This document shows, piece by piece, positions 50,470-63,570 of a DNA stretch of 64,000 nucleotides (position 1 is its first letter; every line of letters starts with the position of its first letter). The notes below the pieces were generated by a model that had not been told where the DNA came from, did not search any database, and saw nothing but the letters and a program-made list of their open reading frames with translations. The stretch is from an uncultured delta proteobacterium (GTDB lineage Bacteria; Myxococcota; Myxococcia; Myxococcales; Anaeromyxobacteraceae), in the NCBI GenBank assembly GCA_963828255.1, contig CAWHDZ010000018.1, positions 1-64,000 of the forward strand, written 5' to 3'. The translations under genes and the position numbers were made by a program.

Positions 50470-50790
50470 CGCCGTGGACGGCGCAGGTCTCGCGCACGAC
50501 GGGGTTGCTGGCAAAGGACCGTGCAGTTCTCCACCGTGGACTCCCCGCCCCTCCCCCGCTTCAGGAGCGCCAGGAATGCCGGCGACACCGTCCCGTGCAT
50601 CCGGCTCTCCTCCCGCGTGAGCGGGTCCACCACGGTCCTCCGCACCTCGGGGACGGGCCTCACGCCTTCGGGGTGGGTCCGATCCCGTCCTACCGGTAGG
50701 ACGCCCTCAGGCTCCGGTTCAACCGGCGCCAGGAGTCGAACTCGGCGACGGTGAGGAGGGCGTCGACGGCGGTGCATTGACAGACCACCT
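50470..50790 (-). pseudogene. Internally deleted HNH endonuclease relic
   Basis: Fragments VDALLTVAEFDSWRRL, PLTREESRMHGTVSPAFLALLK and GRGGESTVENCTVLC lie in order on the minus strand. Confidence 0.5.
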
Positions 50791-50806
50791 GGCTACAATC
50801 CCCCCC

Positions 50807-51436
50807 GTGTCCCTCATCCCCTCCGGCGAGCTCTCCTACGCCTCCCTCGTCTCGGAGTTCTTCCTCCAGCTCCGCGGGACGGGGCTCCTGCTCTCCCCGC
50901 TCGACCAGGAGCTTGTCGCCGAGTGGGAGCGGCGCGGGGTCCCCGCGTCGGTGGTCTGCCGCGGCATGCGCCGCGGCTGGGACGACCTCGCAGAGGGGCG
51001 CGCCCCGGGCGCCGCCCCCCCGCGATCGCTCCGGGCGCTCCGCGGCTTCGTCGAGGAGGAGTGGCGGGCCTACCGCGACGGACGGGTCGGAGACGGGGGC
51101 GCGCCGGAGCCGGAGGCCGACGCCGCGCGACGCCGTCTCTCCGCTGCGCGCGCACTCCTCGCCGAGGCGGGCGCGGCATCCTCGCTCCTCCCCGACGACG
51201 TCTCGTCCCTGCACGACCTCGAACGCGCCCTGGCCGCCGCCGACGACCAGATCCTCCACCGCTGGATCCTCTCCCTCCCCCGCCCGGAGCGCGCCGCGCT
51301 CGGCCCCCGCTGCCGCCTCCTGGCCGGCGAGCGGACCCGCCGGGCCCGACGCTCCGCCTACCGGGAAACCCTGCGGACATACCTCTTCGAGGCTGCCCGC
51401 CGGGCGGGGATACTCCACCTCCGCGGGACCGTGTAG
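50807..51436 (+). CDS. Hypothetical protein with DnaD/DnaB-like N-terminal domain
   Basis: EFFLQLRGTGLLLSPLDQELVAEWERRGVPASVVCRGM. GTG 50807 lies 7 nt after TACAAT. Confidence 0.65.
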   Translation: MSLIPSGELSYASLVSEFFLQLRGTGLLLSPLDQELVAEWERRGVPASVVCRGMRRGWDDLAEGRAPGAAPPRSLRALRGFVEEEWRAYRDGRVGDGGAPEPEADAARRRLSAARALLAEAGAASSLLPDDVSSLHDLERALAAADDQILHRWILSLPRPERAALGPRCRLLAGERTRRARRSAYRETLRTYLFEAARRAGILHLRGTV

Positions 51437-51449
51437 ACTCCGCCGCCCG

Positions 51450-52331
51450 ATGGCCGAATCCCGAGAGAGCGGCGCCGCCTGCACCGAATGCGGCGGGTCG
51501 GGCTACGTGGTCGATCAGCTGGTCGGCTCGTCGGCCCGGGCCCACCGCTGCACCTGCCAGTCCACCTGCGCGCGCTGCGGCGGGAGCGGGTACGTCATGG
51601 TCGCCACCGGCCCGGGTCTGATGGCCCAGGGCTGCAGCTGCCGCCACCTCGACCAGCGCATCGCCACCTTCAACGCCGCCGGCATCCCCGCCGCGGTGGC
51701 CAAGGCCTCCTTCGATTCCTTCCGCCCCTGGTCGCAGAGCCAGTCGAAGGCCAAGACCGCCTGCGAGAACTTCGCCCACCAGGTCCGCAGCGACCGGGCC
51801 AGCCGCGGCGTGCTCCTCCACGGCAAGCCCGGCTGCGGCAAGACCCACCTCCTCGCCGCCGCGCTCCGCTGGCTGGCGCTCGAGAAGGGCATCTCCTGCC
51901 GCTACGTCGAGTTCATGCTGCTCCTCTCCGACATCCGCGCCGGCTTCGGCTCCAACCGCGGCCACATGGAGATCCTCGGGCCGCTCGCCAGCGTGCCGGT
52001 GCTGGCCATCGACGAGCTGGGCAAGGAGCGCGGCACCGAGTGGGAGCGGTCGATGCTCGACGAGCTCATCAGCCGCCGCTACAACGCCGGCCTCACCACC
52101 GTCTTCGCCACCAACTACCCGCGCGATCCGGCGCCCGTGCCGGTCCCCACCGGCGGCAAGTTCCACACCGCCTCGAAGGACTTCCAGCGCGACGCCGAGC
52201 TGATGAGCCTGGAGGAGCGGGTCGGCCAGCGCATCTACTCGCGCTTGAACGAGATGTGCGACTTCGTCATCGTGGACGGTCCCGACTACCGCAAGGACGC
52301 GGAGCCGGGGCGCGGCTCGTTCTGGAGGTAG
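51450..52331 (+). CDS. DnaC/DnaI/IstB-like AAA+ ATPase with two N-terminal Zn ribbons
   Basis: [66 protein letters not shown]. Confidence 0.88.
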   Translation: MAESRESGAACTECGGSGYVVDQLVGSSARAHRCTCQSTCARCGGSGYVMVATGPGLMAQGCSCRHLDQRIATFNAAGIPAAVAKASFDSFRPWSQSQSKAKTACENFAHQVRSDRASRGVLLHGKPGCGKTHLLAAALRWLALEKGISCRYVEFMLLLSDIRAGFGSNRGHMEILGPLASVPVLAIDELGKERGTEWERSMLDELISRRYNAGLTTVFATNYPRDPAPVPVPTGGKFHTASKDFQRDAELMSLEERVGQRIYSRLNEMCDFVIVDGPDYRKDAEPGRGSFWR

Positions 52332-53504
52332 CTAGGCCTCCTCCACCAGCCGCCGGTGCAGCACCCGCACCGCCTCGGGCGCCCGCGCCGCCGAGCAGAA
52401 CGCAGTCACCCGCAGTGACGTGGCCAGGAGCGCCCGCGGCTCCTCCCCCACCTCCCGCAGCGCGTCCAGCACCTCCTGCACCGTGCCGGCCCCGGCGCCG
52501 GCGCGGCCCCCCACCACCGACACCGACCCCGCGTCCCGGTCGTCCACCGCCGCGTCGGGCACGGCGGCCACGAGCTCGCCCCGGGCCGCCGTCCACTCGT
52601 GGACGTTGTCGAGGGGAATCACCGCCAGTGCACGGCCGCCGTGGGCCAGCAGGTCGGAGGGCGCGGCGCCCCGCCGCGCCAGCGCCTGGAGCGCCGCCCC
52701 GAGCCCGCCCCAGGGGACCTCCACCAGCGCCAGCCCCTTCTGCGACGTCACGCCGGCCACCCGACCGCCCGGCGCCGCGCGCCCCCGCACCACGGTCTCG
52801 GCCGTCGAGCCGGAGGTGGCCCGGGCGTGGATGGCGATGCCCTTCTCCCGCGCGAACTCCACCGCCTCGGCGTTCAGCACCTTGGCCCCGGCCCGGGCCA
52901 GCTCCTGCATCTCCTCGTAGGAGATCTCGTCGAGCCTCCGCGGCGTGGTGACCACCCGCGGGTCGGCGGTGTAGACGCCGTCCACGTCGGAGTAGATCTC
53001 GCAGTCGGCGCCCAGCGAGGCGGCCAGCGCCACCGCGGTGGTGTCGGAGCCCCCGCGCCCCAGCGTGGTCACCTCCTTGCGCGGCGAGACCCCCTGGAAC
53101 CCGGCCACGATGACCACCCGCCCGCGGTCCAGCTCCTCCCAGACCCGCACCGGGCGCACCTCGACGATGCGCGCCGAGGCGTGGCGATCGTCGGTGAGGA
53201 TGCCTGCTTGACTCCCCGTGAAACTCACCGCGGGGACGCCCAGGTCCTCGAGGGCCATGGCGAGCAGCGCCATGGAGATGCGCTCCCCGGCGGTGAGGAG
53301 CATGTCGAGCTCCCGGCGGGCCGGGCTCTCCGAGACCCGCCGGGCCAGCGCCAGCAGCTCGTCGGTGGTCTTGCCCATGGCCGAGACCACCACGCAGACC
53401 CGCCGGCCGTCGCGCCGGGCCGCGGCCACCCGCTCCGCCACCTTGCGCACCTTTTCCACGTCGGCGACCGACGAGCCGCCGTACTTCTGGACCACCACGT
53501 TCAT
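52332..53504 (-). CDS. lysC: Aspartate kinase
   Basis: [42 protein letters not shown]. Confidence 0.92.
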   Translation of the reverse strand: MNVVVQKYGGSSVADVEKVRKVAERVAAARRDGRRVCVVVSAMGKTTDELLALARRVSESPARRELDMLLTAGERISMALLAMALEDLGVPAVSFTGSQAGILTDDRHASARIVEVRPVRVWEELDRGRVVIVAGFQGVSPRKEVTTLGRGGSDTTAVALAASLGADCEIYSDVDGVYTADPRVVTTPRRLDEISYEEMQELARAGAKVLNAEAVEFAREKGIAIHARATSGSTAETVVRGRAAPGGRVAGVTSQKGLALVEVPWGGLGAALQALARRGAAPSDLLAHGGRALAVIPLDNVHEWTAARGELVAAVPDAAVDDRDAGSVSVVGGRAGAGAGTVQEVLDALREVGEEPRALLATSLRVTAFCSAARAPEAVRVLHRRLVEEA

Positions 53505-53624
53505 CGCGCCCCTCCGCCGTGCTGCGGTCGCGCCGATCCTACCACCGCCTCGCCGCCTCCCCGCTGCTTGACAGGCCCGGCCGCGGACGCGATTGTCGGC
53601 CGGGCGGCGCACGGAGGGCGCGGG

Positions 53625-54368
<744 letters not shown>

Positions 54369-54374
54369 AGCCAC

Positions 54375-55172
54375 GTGCGCGCCACCCTCGCCATCCTCCG
54401 CAAGGAGCTGTCGGTCTACTTCACCACCCCGGTGGCCTGGGTGGTGCTGGTGGTGGTGGCCTTCTTCTCGGCGCAGGTCTTCGCCGGCTCCCTGGACGGC
54501 TTCCGCCTCCTCACCACCCGGGCCGGGGAGATCCCCGGCGGCGCCGCCCTGCTCGACCGGGTGAACCTGACCGACGCCGTGGTGGCCCGCCTCTTCGGGT
54601 CGGTGGGGCTCTTCCTGGTGGTGACCACCCCCTTCCTCTCCATGCGGCTCGTGGCCGAGGAGCGGCGCACCGGCACCTTCGAGCTGCTCATGACCGCGCC
54701 CATCCGGCCCCTCGAGATCGTGGCCGGCAAGTACCTGGCCTCGCTCGTCGTGCTGGCCGCGGCCCTCCTGCTCGTGGCCCTCTTCCCGGCCTTCCTCTCG
54801 GTGGCCGGGCGGGGGGCGCAGGGGGGCGGAGCCATCGAGTGGCCCACCGTGGCCGCCGGGCTCCTCGGGCTCTTCCTGCTGGGCGCCGCGGCGCTCGCGG
54901 TGGGGCTGGCCTTCTCGGCGCTGGCCGCGACGCCGGTGGTGGCGGCCCTGCTCTCGCTGCTCGTCCTGCTCGGGCTATGGCTGGCCGGGCTCTTCACGGT
55001 AGGTGCGGGCGGGGCGGCCCGCAACCTGGCCGCCGGCCTGTCGGCCTCGGAGCACCTCGCCCCCTTCCTGCAAGGACGCATCGCCCTTCCCGACGTCCTC
55101 TACTACCTCTCCCTCTGCGCCCTCGGCCTGTTCGTCGCCGAGCGGGCCGTCGAGGGTCGCCGCTGGGCCTGA
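54375..55172 (+). CDS. ABC-2 permease (GldF-like)
   Basis: [36 protein letters not shown]. Confidence 0.88.
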   Translation: MRATLAILRKELSVYFTTPVAWVVLVVVAFFSAQVFAGSLDGFRLLTTRAGEIPGGAALLDRVNLTDAVVARLFGSVGLFLVVTTPFLSMRLVAEERRTGTFELLMTAPIRPLEIVAGKYLASLVVLAAALLLVALFPAFLSVAGRGAQGGGAIEWPTVAAGLLGLFLLGAAALAVGLAFSALAATPVVAALLSLLVLLGLWLAGLFTVGAGGAARNLAAGLSASEHLAPFLQGRIALPDVLYYLSLCALGLFVAERAVEGRRWA

Positions 55173-55175
55173 ACC

Positions 55176-56714
55176 ATGAAGCGCTCCCTCGCCGCCCGCA
55201 TCCTCGTCGCCACCGGGCTCGTCCTCCTGGCGAGCGCCGTGGTGACCCTGCTCCTCGGGGACGCACGGCTGCTCGTCGGGAAGATCGGCCTGGGGCTCGT
55301 GGCGCTCGCCGCAGGCGCGGCCCTCTCCGGTCGGGAGGGGATCGGGAGGGCGCTCTCGGGGCGCGGGACCCACTTCGCCGCGGTGACGGTCCTCTCCGGT
55401 CTCCTCCTCGCCGCGGCGCTCGCCGCCGCCGGCTGGGTGGCGAGCCGCCGGCCGCTCACCCTCGACGTGACCCGGCAGCGCATCCACACCCTCTCGCCCG
55501 ACACGCTGCGGACCCTCGACTCCCTGCCGGGCGACGTGGAGGTGCTGGCCTTCTACCGCCCCGACGACGCCGGCTTCGCCCCCGCCCAGGAGCTGCTGCG
55601 CCGCTACGCCGAGCGGAACCGGCGCTTCCGCTTCGAGCTCCTGGACCCGTACCGCAGCCCGGAGCTGGTGCGCCGCCACCAGATCTCCGACTCGGGCACG
55701 CGGGTGGTGGTGGCGCCCGGTCCGGCCGAGGCCCGGCTGCGCGAGCTCTCGGAGGAGTCGCTCACCAACGCCCTGGTGCGGGCGGCCCATCCGTCGCGCC
55801 GGCGCGTCTACTTCACCCAGGGTCACGGAGAGTCCTCGCCGGCCGAGACGGCGCGCACGGGCTGGTCGCTTTCGGCCCAGGCGCTGGAGCGGGAGAACGT
55901 GGAGCTGGCCCCGCTCGCGCTCCTCTCCGCCGGCGAGGTCCCCGGCGACGCGGCGGCGGTGCTGGTGGCCGGTCCCCGCAGGCCCTTCCTCGACCCGGAG
56001 GTGGCGGCGCTGCGGGCCTACGCCGGTCGCGGAGGCCACCTGGGGATCTTCGTCGAGCCGGAGTCGGACGCCGGGCTCGACCCGCTCCTCGCCGCGCTGG
56101 GGGTCGAGGCCGGCAACGACATGATCGTGGACCCCAACCCGCTCTCCCGCCTGGCCGGGGCCACGCCGGTGATGCCGGTGCTGAAGGCGACCACCGCGCA
56201 CCCGATCAGCCAGCCGCTCGCCGAGGTGGGCGTGGTCTTTCCCACCGCCCGCTCGCTCGTGGCCCTCAGGGGGAAGAGCCCGTCCCGGCCCGCGCCGCTC
56301 GCCCTCACCTCGGAGAGCGCCTGGGCGGAGAGCGACGTCCGCTCCATCTTCGCGGGGGCGGCGCGCCTCGACGAGGGGGAGAAGGTCGGCCCCATCCCGC
56401 TCGCGCTGGCGGTGCAGTGGTCCGTCCCCGGGGACCCTCCCCGGGAGCTCCGCGCGGTGGTGGCCGGCGACTCCGACTTCTTCTCCAACGGGTACGTGCA
56501 CCTGCTCGGCAACCGCGACCTCTTCCTCTCCATGGTGAGCTGGCTCGCCGAGCGGGACGACCGGCTCACCATCCGGCCGCGCGCCCGGGAGGCGTCGCGC
56601 ATCGTCCTCACCGAGGGGCAGGTCCGGACGCTCAAGTTCCTGGCCATCGACGTGGTGCCGGTGGCGCTCCTGCTGGCCGGCGTGGCGGTCTGGCTCTCCC
56701 GCCGGGAGCGCTGA
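55176..56714 (+). CDS. GldG-like ABC auxiliary protein
   Basis: DVTRQRIHTLS, YFTQGHGE, VAGDSDFFSN, NRDLFL, C-terminal TM. Confidence 0.85.
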   Translation: MKRSLAARILVATGLVLLASAVVTLLLGDARLLVGKIGLGLVALAAGAALSGREGIGRALSGRGTHFAAVTVLSGLLLAAALAAAGWVASRRPLTLDVTRQRIHTLSPDTLRTLDSLPGDVEVLAFYRPDDAGFAPAQELLRRYAERNRRFRFELLDPYRSPELVRRHQISDSGTRVVVAPGPAEARLRELSEESLTNALVRAAHPSRRRVYFTQGHGESSPAETARTGWSLSAQALERENVELAPLALLSAGEVPGDAAAVLVAGPRRPFLDPEVAALRAYAGRGGHLGIFVEPESDAGLDPLLAALGVEAGNDMIVDPNPLSRLAGATPVMPVLKATTAHPISQPLAEVGVVFPTARSLVALRGKSPSRPAPLALTSESAWAESDVRSIFAGAARLDEGEKVGPIPLALAVQWSVPGDPPRELRAVVAGDSDFFSNGYVHLLGNRDLFLSMVSWLAERDDRLTIRPRAREASRIVLTEGQVRTLKFLAIDVVPVALLLAGVAVWLSRRER

Positions 56715-56716
56715 GG

Positions 56717-57265
56717 GTGAAGGCCCGCACCCGGACGCTGGCGCTCGCCGCGGCCCTGGCCGCCGTCCTCGCCGCGGTGGTGGCGGGGGCTCTTCTGGGA
56801 GTGGAGCGGCCCGACCAGGCCGCCCAGGCCCGCCACGACCGGGAGACCCGGGCCCTGCCCTTCCAGCCGGGCGAGGTGGCGGCGCTCTCCATCGCGCCGC
56901 GCGGGGCGACGGGGGTCCGGCTCGTCCGGGAGGGCCCCGGATGGTTCCTGCCTCCTCCCGGAGGCAGGGTGAGCACCATCGCCGTGGAGGGGCTCCTCGA
57001 GCGGCTCTCCGGGATGCGGGTGCGCAGCGCCACCCCCACCAGGCAGGACGGGCTCGCCTCCCGCGGGCTCGACCCTCCGGTGGCACGCCTGACCCTCGTG
57101 CTCCGGGACGGAACCGAGCTCTCGCTCGACCTGGGGGACGAGAATCCCTTCGACCGGACCCGATTCGGCCGCCGGGACGGGGAGATCCTGGCCATCGAGG
57201 GGGTCCCCGAGGCGGCGCTCGATCCCTCCCCGGAGAGGTTGCTGGCCCCACCAGGGGGCGGCTGA
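56717..57265 (+). CDS. DUF4340-like protein (short)
   Basis: N-terminal [15 protein letters not shown]; last gene of the Gld-like operon. Confidence 0.65.
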   Translation: MKARTRTLALAAALAAVLAAVVAGALLGVERPDQAAQARHDRETRALPFQPGEVAALSIAPRGATGVRLVREGPGWFLPPPGGRVSTIAVEGLLERLSGMRVRSATPTRQDGLASRGLDPPVARLTLVLRDGTELSLDLGDENPFDRTRFGRRDGEILAIEGVPEAALDPSPERLLAPPGGG

Positions 57266-57288
57266 CCCCGCTCGACTCGCGGATGAGC

Positions 57289-57317
57289 TTGATCTTCCGG
57301 GGGCTTGCCCTTATCTT
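57289..57317 (+). promoter_or_regulatory. sigma70-type promoter of rpoZ
   Basis: TTGATC-17-TATCTT. Confidence 0.55.
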
Positions 57318-57356
57318 CCCCGCTCCCGAACATCCGTAGCCGAGAGGTGTGTAGCG

Positions 57357-57620
57357 ATGGCACGCGTCACAGTCGAAGACTGCCTCCCCATGGTCGAGAA
57401 CCGGTTCGCCCTGGTTCTCCTCGCCACGAAGCGCACCCGCCAGCTCATGGCGGGCGCCCGGCCGCTCCTCGCGGCGGGCCGGAACAAGTCCACCGTGCAG
57501 TCGCTCCGCGAGATCGCCACCGGCAAGGTCCGCTTCGACCGTTCGGTCCGCGACGCCCTCGCCGGGAAGTTCGACCGCGAGAAACCGGTCACGTCGTCCA
57601 CGCCCTCCCGCTCCAAGTAG
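57357..57620 (+). CDS. rpoZ: RNA polymerase omega subunit
   Basis: [28 protein letters not shown]...LREIA. Confidence 0.96.
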   Translation: MARVTVEDCLPMVENRFALVLLATKRTRQLMAGARPLLAAGRNKSTVQSLREIATGKVRFDRSVRDALAGKFDREKPVTSSTPSRSK

Positions 57621-57685
57621 GCCCGTAGTCGGCCCGGCCGCCGCCCCTCGAGTCGGGTGTGGCGCCGGCTGGCAGTCCCCTTCCG

Positions 57686-57712
57686 TGAGCACTCATCCGG
57701 GTGGACTGCCAA
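57686..57712. promoter_or_regulatory. CIRCE-like element 1
   Basis: TGAGCACTC-N9-GACTGCCAA versus consensus TTAGCACTC-N9-GAGTGCTAA. Confidence 0.65.
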
Positions 57713-57765
57713 TTTAGACGCATAAGTATCTATATTCAGGAAGGTTTCTAATTCGCGTTCCCGGG

Positions 57766-57793
57766 TTGACAGCCGGGGGCTCGTGATTAGACT
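57766..57793 (+). promoter_or_regulatory. sigma70-type promoter of groESL
   Basis: TTGACA-16-TAGACT. Confidence 0.6.
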
Positions 57794-57804
57794 CTCCTTG
57801 CCCT

Positions 57805-57831
57805 TTGGCAGACGGACATCCCGACTGCCAG
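57805..57831. promoter_or_regulatory. CIRCE-like element 2
   Basis: TTGGCAGAC-N9-GACTGCCAG just downstream of the promoter. Confidence 0.55.
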
Positions 57832-57907
57832 GGCCCAATTCGTTCCAACCAGTTTCCGCGCGGCCCCCTCGGGCCACTGGCGCGGATTCGAAAGAGGAGA
57901 GAACAAC

Positions 57908-59882
<1,975 letters not shown>

Positions 59883-59918
59883 TCCCCACCGCGACTCCGT
59901 CGCGGGCTCGCAGGACCG

Positions 59919-59954
59919 GAGGGCCATCGGGAAACCGGTGGCCCTTCTCCTTTC
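59919..59954 (+). terminator. Intrinsic terminator after groEL
   Basis: GAGGGCCATCGG-GAAA-CCGGTGGCCCTT hairpin followed by a pyrimidine run. Confidence 0.7.
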
Positions 59955-60017
59955 CAGGGGTTGCACGCCGTCCGGAAGGGGCCTTGCCGGGCCTCTGGAT
60001 GGGCCCATTCTCTGGCC

Positions 60018-60401
60018 ATGGGAAGGCGATGGGCAGCCGTGCTGGCCGCCGCGCTCCTGCTGGTCCCGGGAGCGCCCCTCCCCGACGACGAGCCGCCCTG
60101 CCTCGACCTCCGCGCCGATACGCCTGCCCGGGTGGAGCTGCAGACCTTGATCTTCCCCCGCGACCCGCCGGTCCGTCTCCTCCGGACCCAGCTCCGCATC
60201 TCGGGCATCGACCCCGAGGACGTCCGGCGGACGCTCGAGGCCTACAACCAGCGCTCCGAGCTCGCCCAGTTCACGCCCGACGGCCTGGCGGTGGCGCCAT
60301 ACCTCCTGCAGCGGGCCCTGCACCTGAGCCCGGACATCCTGCTCCAGTTCCGCTGGAGCGGCCAGGCCGGCAAGCTGGTCTTCCGGTTCACCTGGCGCTG
60401 A
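60018..60401 (+). CDS. Hypothetical exported protein
   Basis: Signal-like [18 protein letters not shown]; fills the gap with coding-like codon usage. Confidence 0.55.
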   Translation: MGRRWAAVLAAALLLVPGAPLPDDEPPCLDLRADTPARVELQTLIFPRDPPVRLLRTQLRISGIDPEDVRRTLEAYNQRSELAQFTPDGLAVAPYLLQRALHLSPDILLQFRWSGQAGKLVFRFTWR

Positions 60402-60424
60402 CTTCGTGCTTTGTTGCGGGCGCC

Positions 60425-63400
60425 ATGAACGCCCTCCTCCTCACGCTCGCCCTGTCCACCGCCCCCTCCGCCGTCCTTCCGTGGTCCGCCCCCGTCCCGG
60501 TCGCCTCGCCCCCCGGGGGCGGAGAGACCACGGTGCTCTCCGAGCCCGTGAAGCTCCAGGTCGGGAGGCTCTACCGGCTCTCCGCCGAGGTCGAGACCCG
60601 CGGCGTCGTGGTGGACCCGGTGGGACGCTACCCCACCCCGGTCGGCGCCTGCATCGCCATGAAGAGCTTCCCGTTCACGAATTGCTCGCCCTCGCTGGCC
60701 GGGGACGCGCGGCGCCGCGTCGCGCAGCTCTTCTTCGCGACCACGGCGAGCGATCGGGTGGCCCTCCACCTGGGACGGAACGGCAAGGCCACCGGGTCGG
60801 CCACCTTCTCGGAGGTTCGCCTGGAGGAGGTCCCCGACGTGACCGCCTACGTCCCGATGGACCAGGTGAAGTGGTCCGGTCCGGGCTTCCGCTACGACGA
60901 CGGCGGCTGGATCTTCGTGCACGTGGAGGGGGCGCCCTACCCGCGCGGCCGGCAGTACGGCGAGCTGGTGGCGCCGGAGCTGGCGCGCTACCTCGAGAAG
61001 CTGGCCACGCTGCAGGACAGGGGGATCCGGAGAAGGGCTGGAACGGCCTGCGGCGCCTCGCCGACGCGCTCATGATGCGCCGCTTCGACCCCGAGTACCT
61101 GGAGGAGATGAAGGGGATCGCCGACGGCGCGGCCAAGGGAGGCGCGAAGTTCAAGGGGCGCGCGGTGGACCTGCTCGACGTGGTGACCCTGAACAGCGCG
61201 GTGGACCTCTCGCAGCTCGACGAGGCCCTGCACGTCTCGCCCACCTCGGTCACCGGCAAGAGCTTCCTCTCGGCCGACGACGAGACCGACCCCGCCGTCA
61301 CCGCCAAGGATCGCTGCTCCTCCTTCGTGGCCACGAAGAGCGCAACCCCCGACGGCCGCTTCGTCATGGGGCAGCTCTTCATGTGGAACGGCTACAGCGG
61401 CGTCCACTGGGACGTGATCCTGGACGTCGTGCCCACGAAGGGGCGGCGCACGGTGCTGCAGACCTTCCCCGGCGGCATCCACTCCGGGTCCGACTGGTAC
61501 ATGAACGACGCCGGGATCGTCATCGGCGAGACCACGGTGGGCCAGACCCCCTTCGCCCCGGAGGGGACGCCCCAGTCCAACCGGGCCCGCAAGGCGGCCC
61601 AGTACGGCACCTCGATCGACGAGGTGGCCCGCATCCTGCGGGAGAGGAACAACGGCCTCTACACCAACGACTGGACCATCGCCGACGCCAAGACCGACGA
61701 GGGGGCCGACCTGCTGCTCGGCACGAACGCCTGGAAGCTCTGGCGCACCGGCTCCCCGGGCCACCCCTCCGACACGCCGGGCGGGCTGCGCGACTTCGTC
61801 TGGGCCAACAACAACACCCGCGACCCGGCGGTGCGGCGCGAGTACGCCCGCTCCACGGACGGGGCGCCGGCCGACATGGCCTTCAACGCCTGGAACCGGG
61901 ACATCGCCTTCTGGAAGTTCTACGAGCAGCACGGCAAGGGGAAGATCGACCTCGAGGCCGCGGTGCGCCTCTTCGCCTCGTCGCCGGTGAACCGCCCGCA
62001 CGCCTGCGACGGGAAGATCACCACCGGCGAGATGGCCGACGGACTGGTCTTCATCGCCCACTACGGCAAGACCACGCTGCGCGAGAAGTGGGTGGGCAGC
62101 CGGTTCATCGCCGACCTCCCCAACGCCGTCCCGCACTTCACGCTGGGTTACACGACCTTCAGTCCCATCGTGATGGCCGAGGGGCTGAAGGCCGCGCGCG
62201 CCCGGTCCGGCAAGCCGGCGCCGCAGCCGGCGGAGCCGAAGCCCGACGTGGCGGCCATCAAGGGAGACCTCCTCTTCGACGGGAAGCTCCTCTGGGAAGG
62301 GACCGTCTTCCCGGCCGGCGACGCCGACAACTGGCTGACCAGCGGATCGGCCGCCTACTGGCCGATCTTGAAGAAGCTCCCCGACGACCCGGTGAAGGCG
62401 CTCGACTCGCTGCGGGGCTCCCTCTCCGACGCCGACCTGCGCCTCGCCTGGCTGTCCGGAAGGGAACCCCTGGCCGCACCCGCCGCCACCCGGCCGGCCT
62501 ACGACGGCTACGCCCCCTACGGCGTTCCACGCGTCCGCGGCACCTTCGCGCTGCACCAGCTTCGCCTGGCGGTGGGCAACGCCGCCTTCTCCCGGATCAT
62601 GAAGGCGGCGGTGGAGCGCTCCGCCGCGAAGCCGCTCACCACGTCTGCCTTCGTGTCGCTGGCCTCGGAGATCGCGAAGAAGGACGTGGGACCCGTCATC
62701 GCCCCCTGGATCGAGCGGGCCGACCTTCCCGACCCGGTGGTCTCGGCGCGGGCGGCGAAGGGGCCCGACGGGACGTGGACCCTCACCGTGAAGGTGACCC
62801 ACCAGCGACCCTGGCATTACGTCGCGGCGCTCTCGGTCGCCGGCGAGAAGACGCTGCGCTACGAGCGGGGCGCGGTGTCGAAGGGCGAGGAGACCTTCAC
62901 CTTCAACTCGAGGGAGCAGCCCCTTCGGGTGACCTGGAACGCCGCGGCCGACGTGGCGGTGGCGCGCGACGGCGGCGTGGTCCTCACCTCGATGCTCGAC
63001 GACTTCTCTGCGCTGCTCTGGGTGCGCGGGACGTCGCGCGAGGTCGAGGCCAACCGGACGCTCGCCCTGCTCTGGCGGGACGTGGTGGCCGACGCCTCGG
63101 TGGAGGTGCTGCCCCGGCTCGTCTCCGACGCGGAGGTCTCCGACGCCGACCTGGCCTCCCACGACCTCGTGGTGGTGGGCGGCCCGGAGGACAACGCGGT
63201 GGCGGCCCGGCTGGCGGCGGGCTGGAAGCTGCCGCTCGAGACCGGCAAGGGGTTCTTCCGCTGGCAGGGGAAGATCCACGCGCGCCCCGATGAAGGGATC
63301 GCGGTGGCCTTCCCGAATCCCTGGAACCCGAAACGGACCGCCTTCCTCTACGTCGCCAACTCCAAGGTCCAGGCCTGGCGCATGCTCAAGGGCTGGCAGC

Positions 63401-63570
63401 GCGGGGTGCCGAGCTGGGCCATCTGGAAGGAGGGGGAGGTGGCGTCGAAGGGTTACCTCGGCGCCGGGCGGCTCGACGTGGCGGTCACGGTGGAGGCGGC
63501 CGCTCCCTCGGCGGACAGCGCGGCTCCCCCGGCGAGAGCGGAGCCCCCTCGCGCAGCAGCCGGAGGTTGA
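60425..63570 (+). CDS. Secreted multidomain Ntn-hydrolase (C45/phospholipase B-like), frameshifted near 61020
   Basis: Signal peptide, WIFVHVEGAPYPRGRQYG, then after a 1-nt shift in a G-run: YLEEMKGIADG, DRCSSFVAT (Cys nucleophile), MNDAGIVIGET, NNGLYTNDW. Confidence 0.8.

Noticed and set aside
50461..50780. 6S RNA or other structured ncRNA
   Set aside because: No end-to-end pairing seen; better explained as an HNH gene relic.
50777..50799. Perfect-looking TTGACA...TACAAT promoter
   Set aside because: The spacer is only 11 nt, so the TTGACA cannot be the matching -35. Only the -10 is retained as a call.
51450..52331. IS21 element or prophage
   Set aside because: No IstA transposase, terminal repeats, integrase or phage structural genes nearby.
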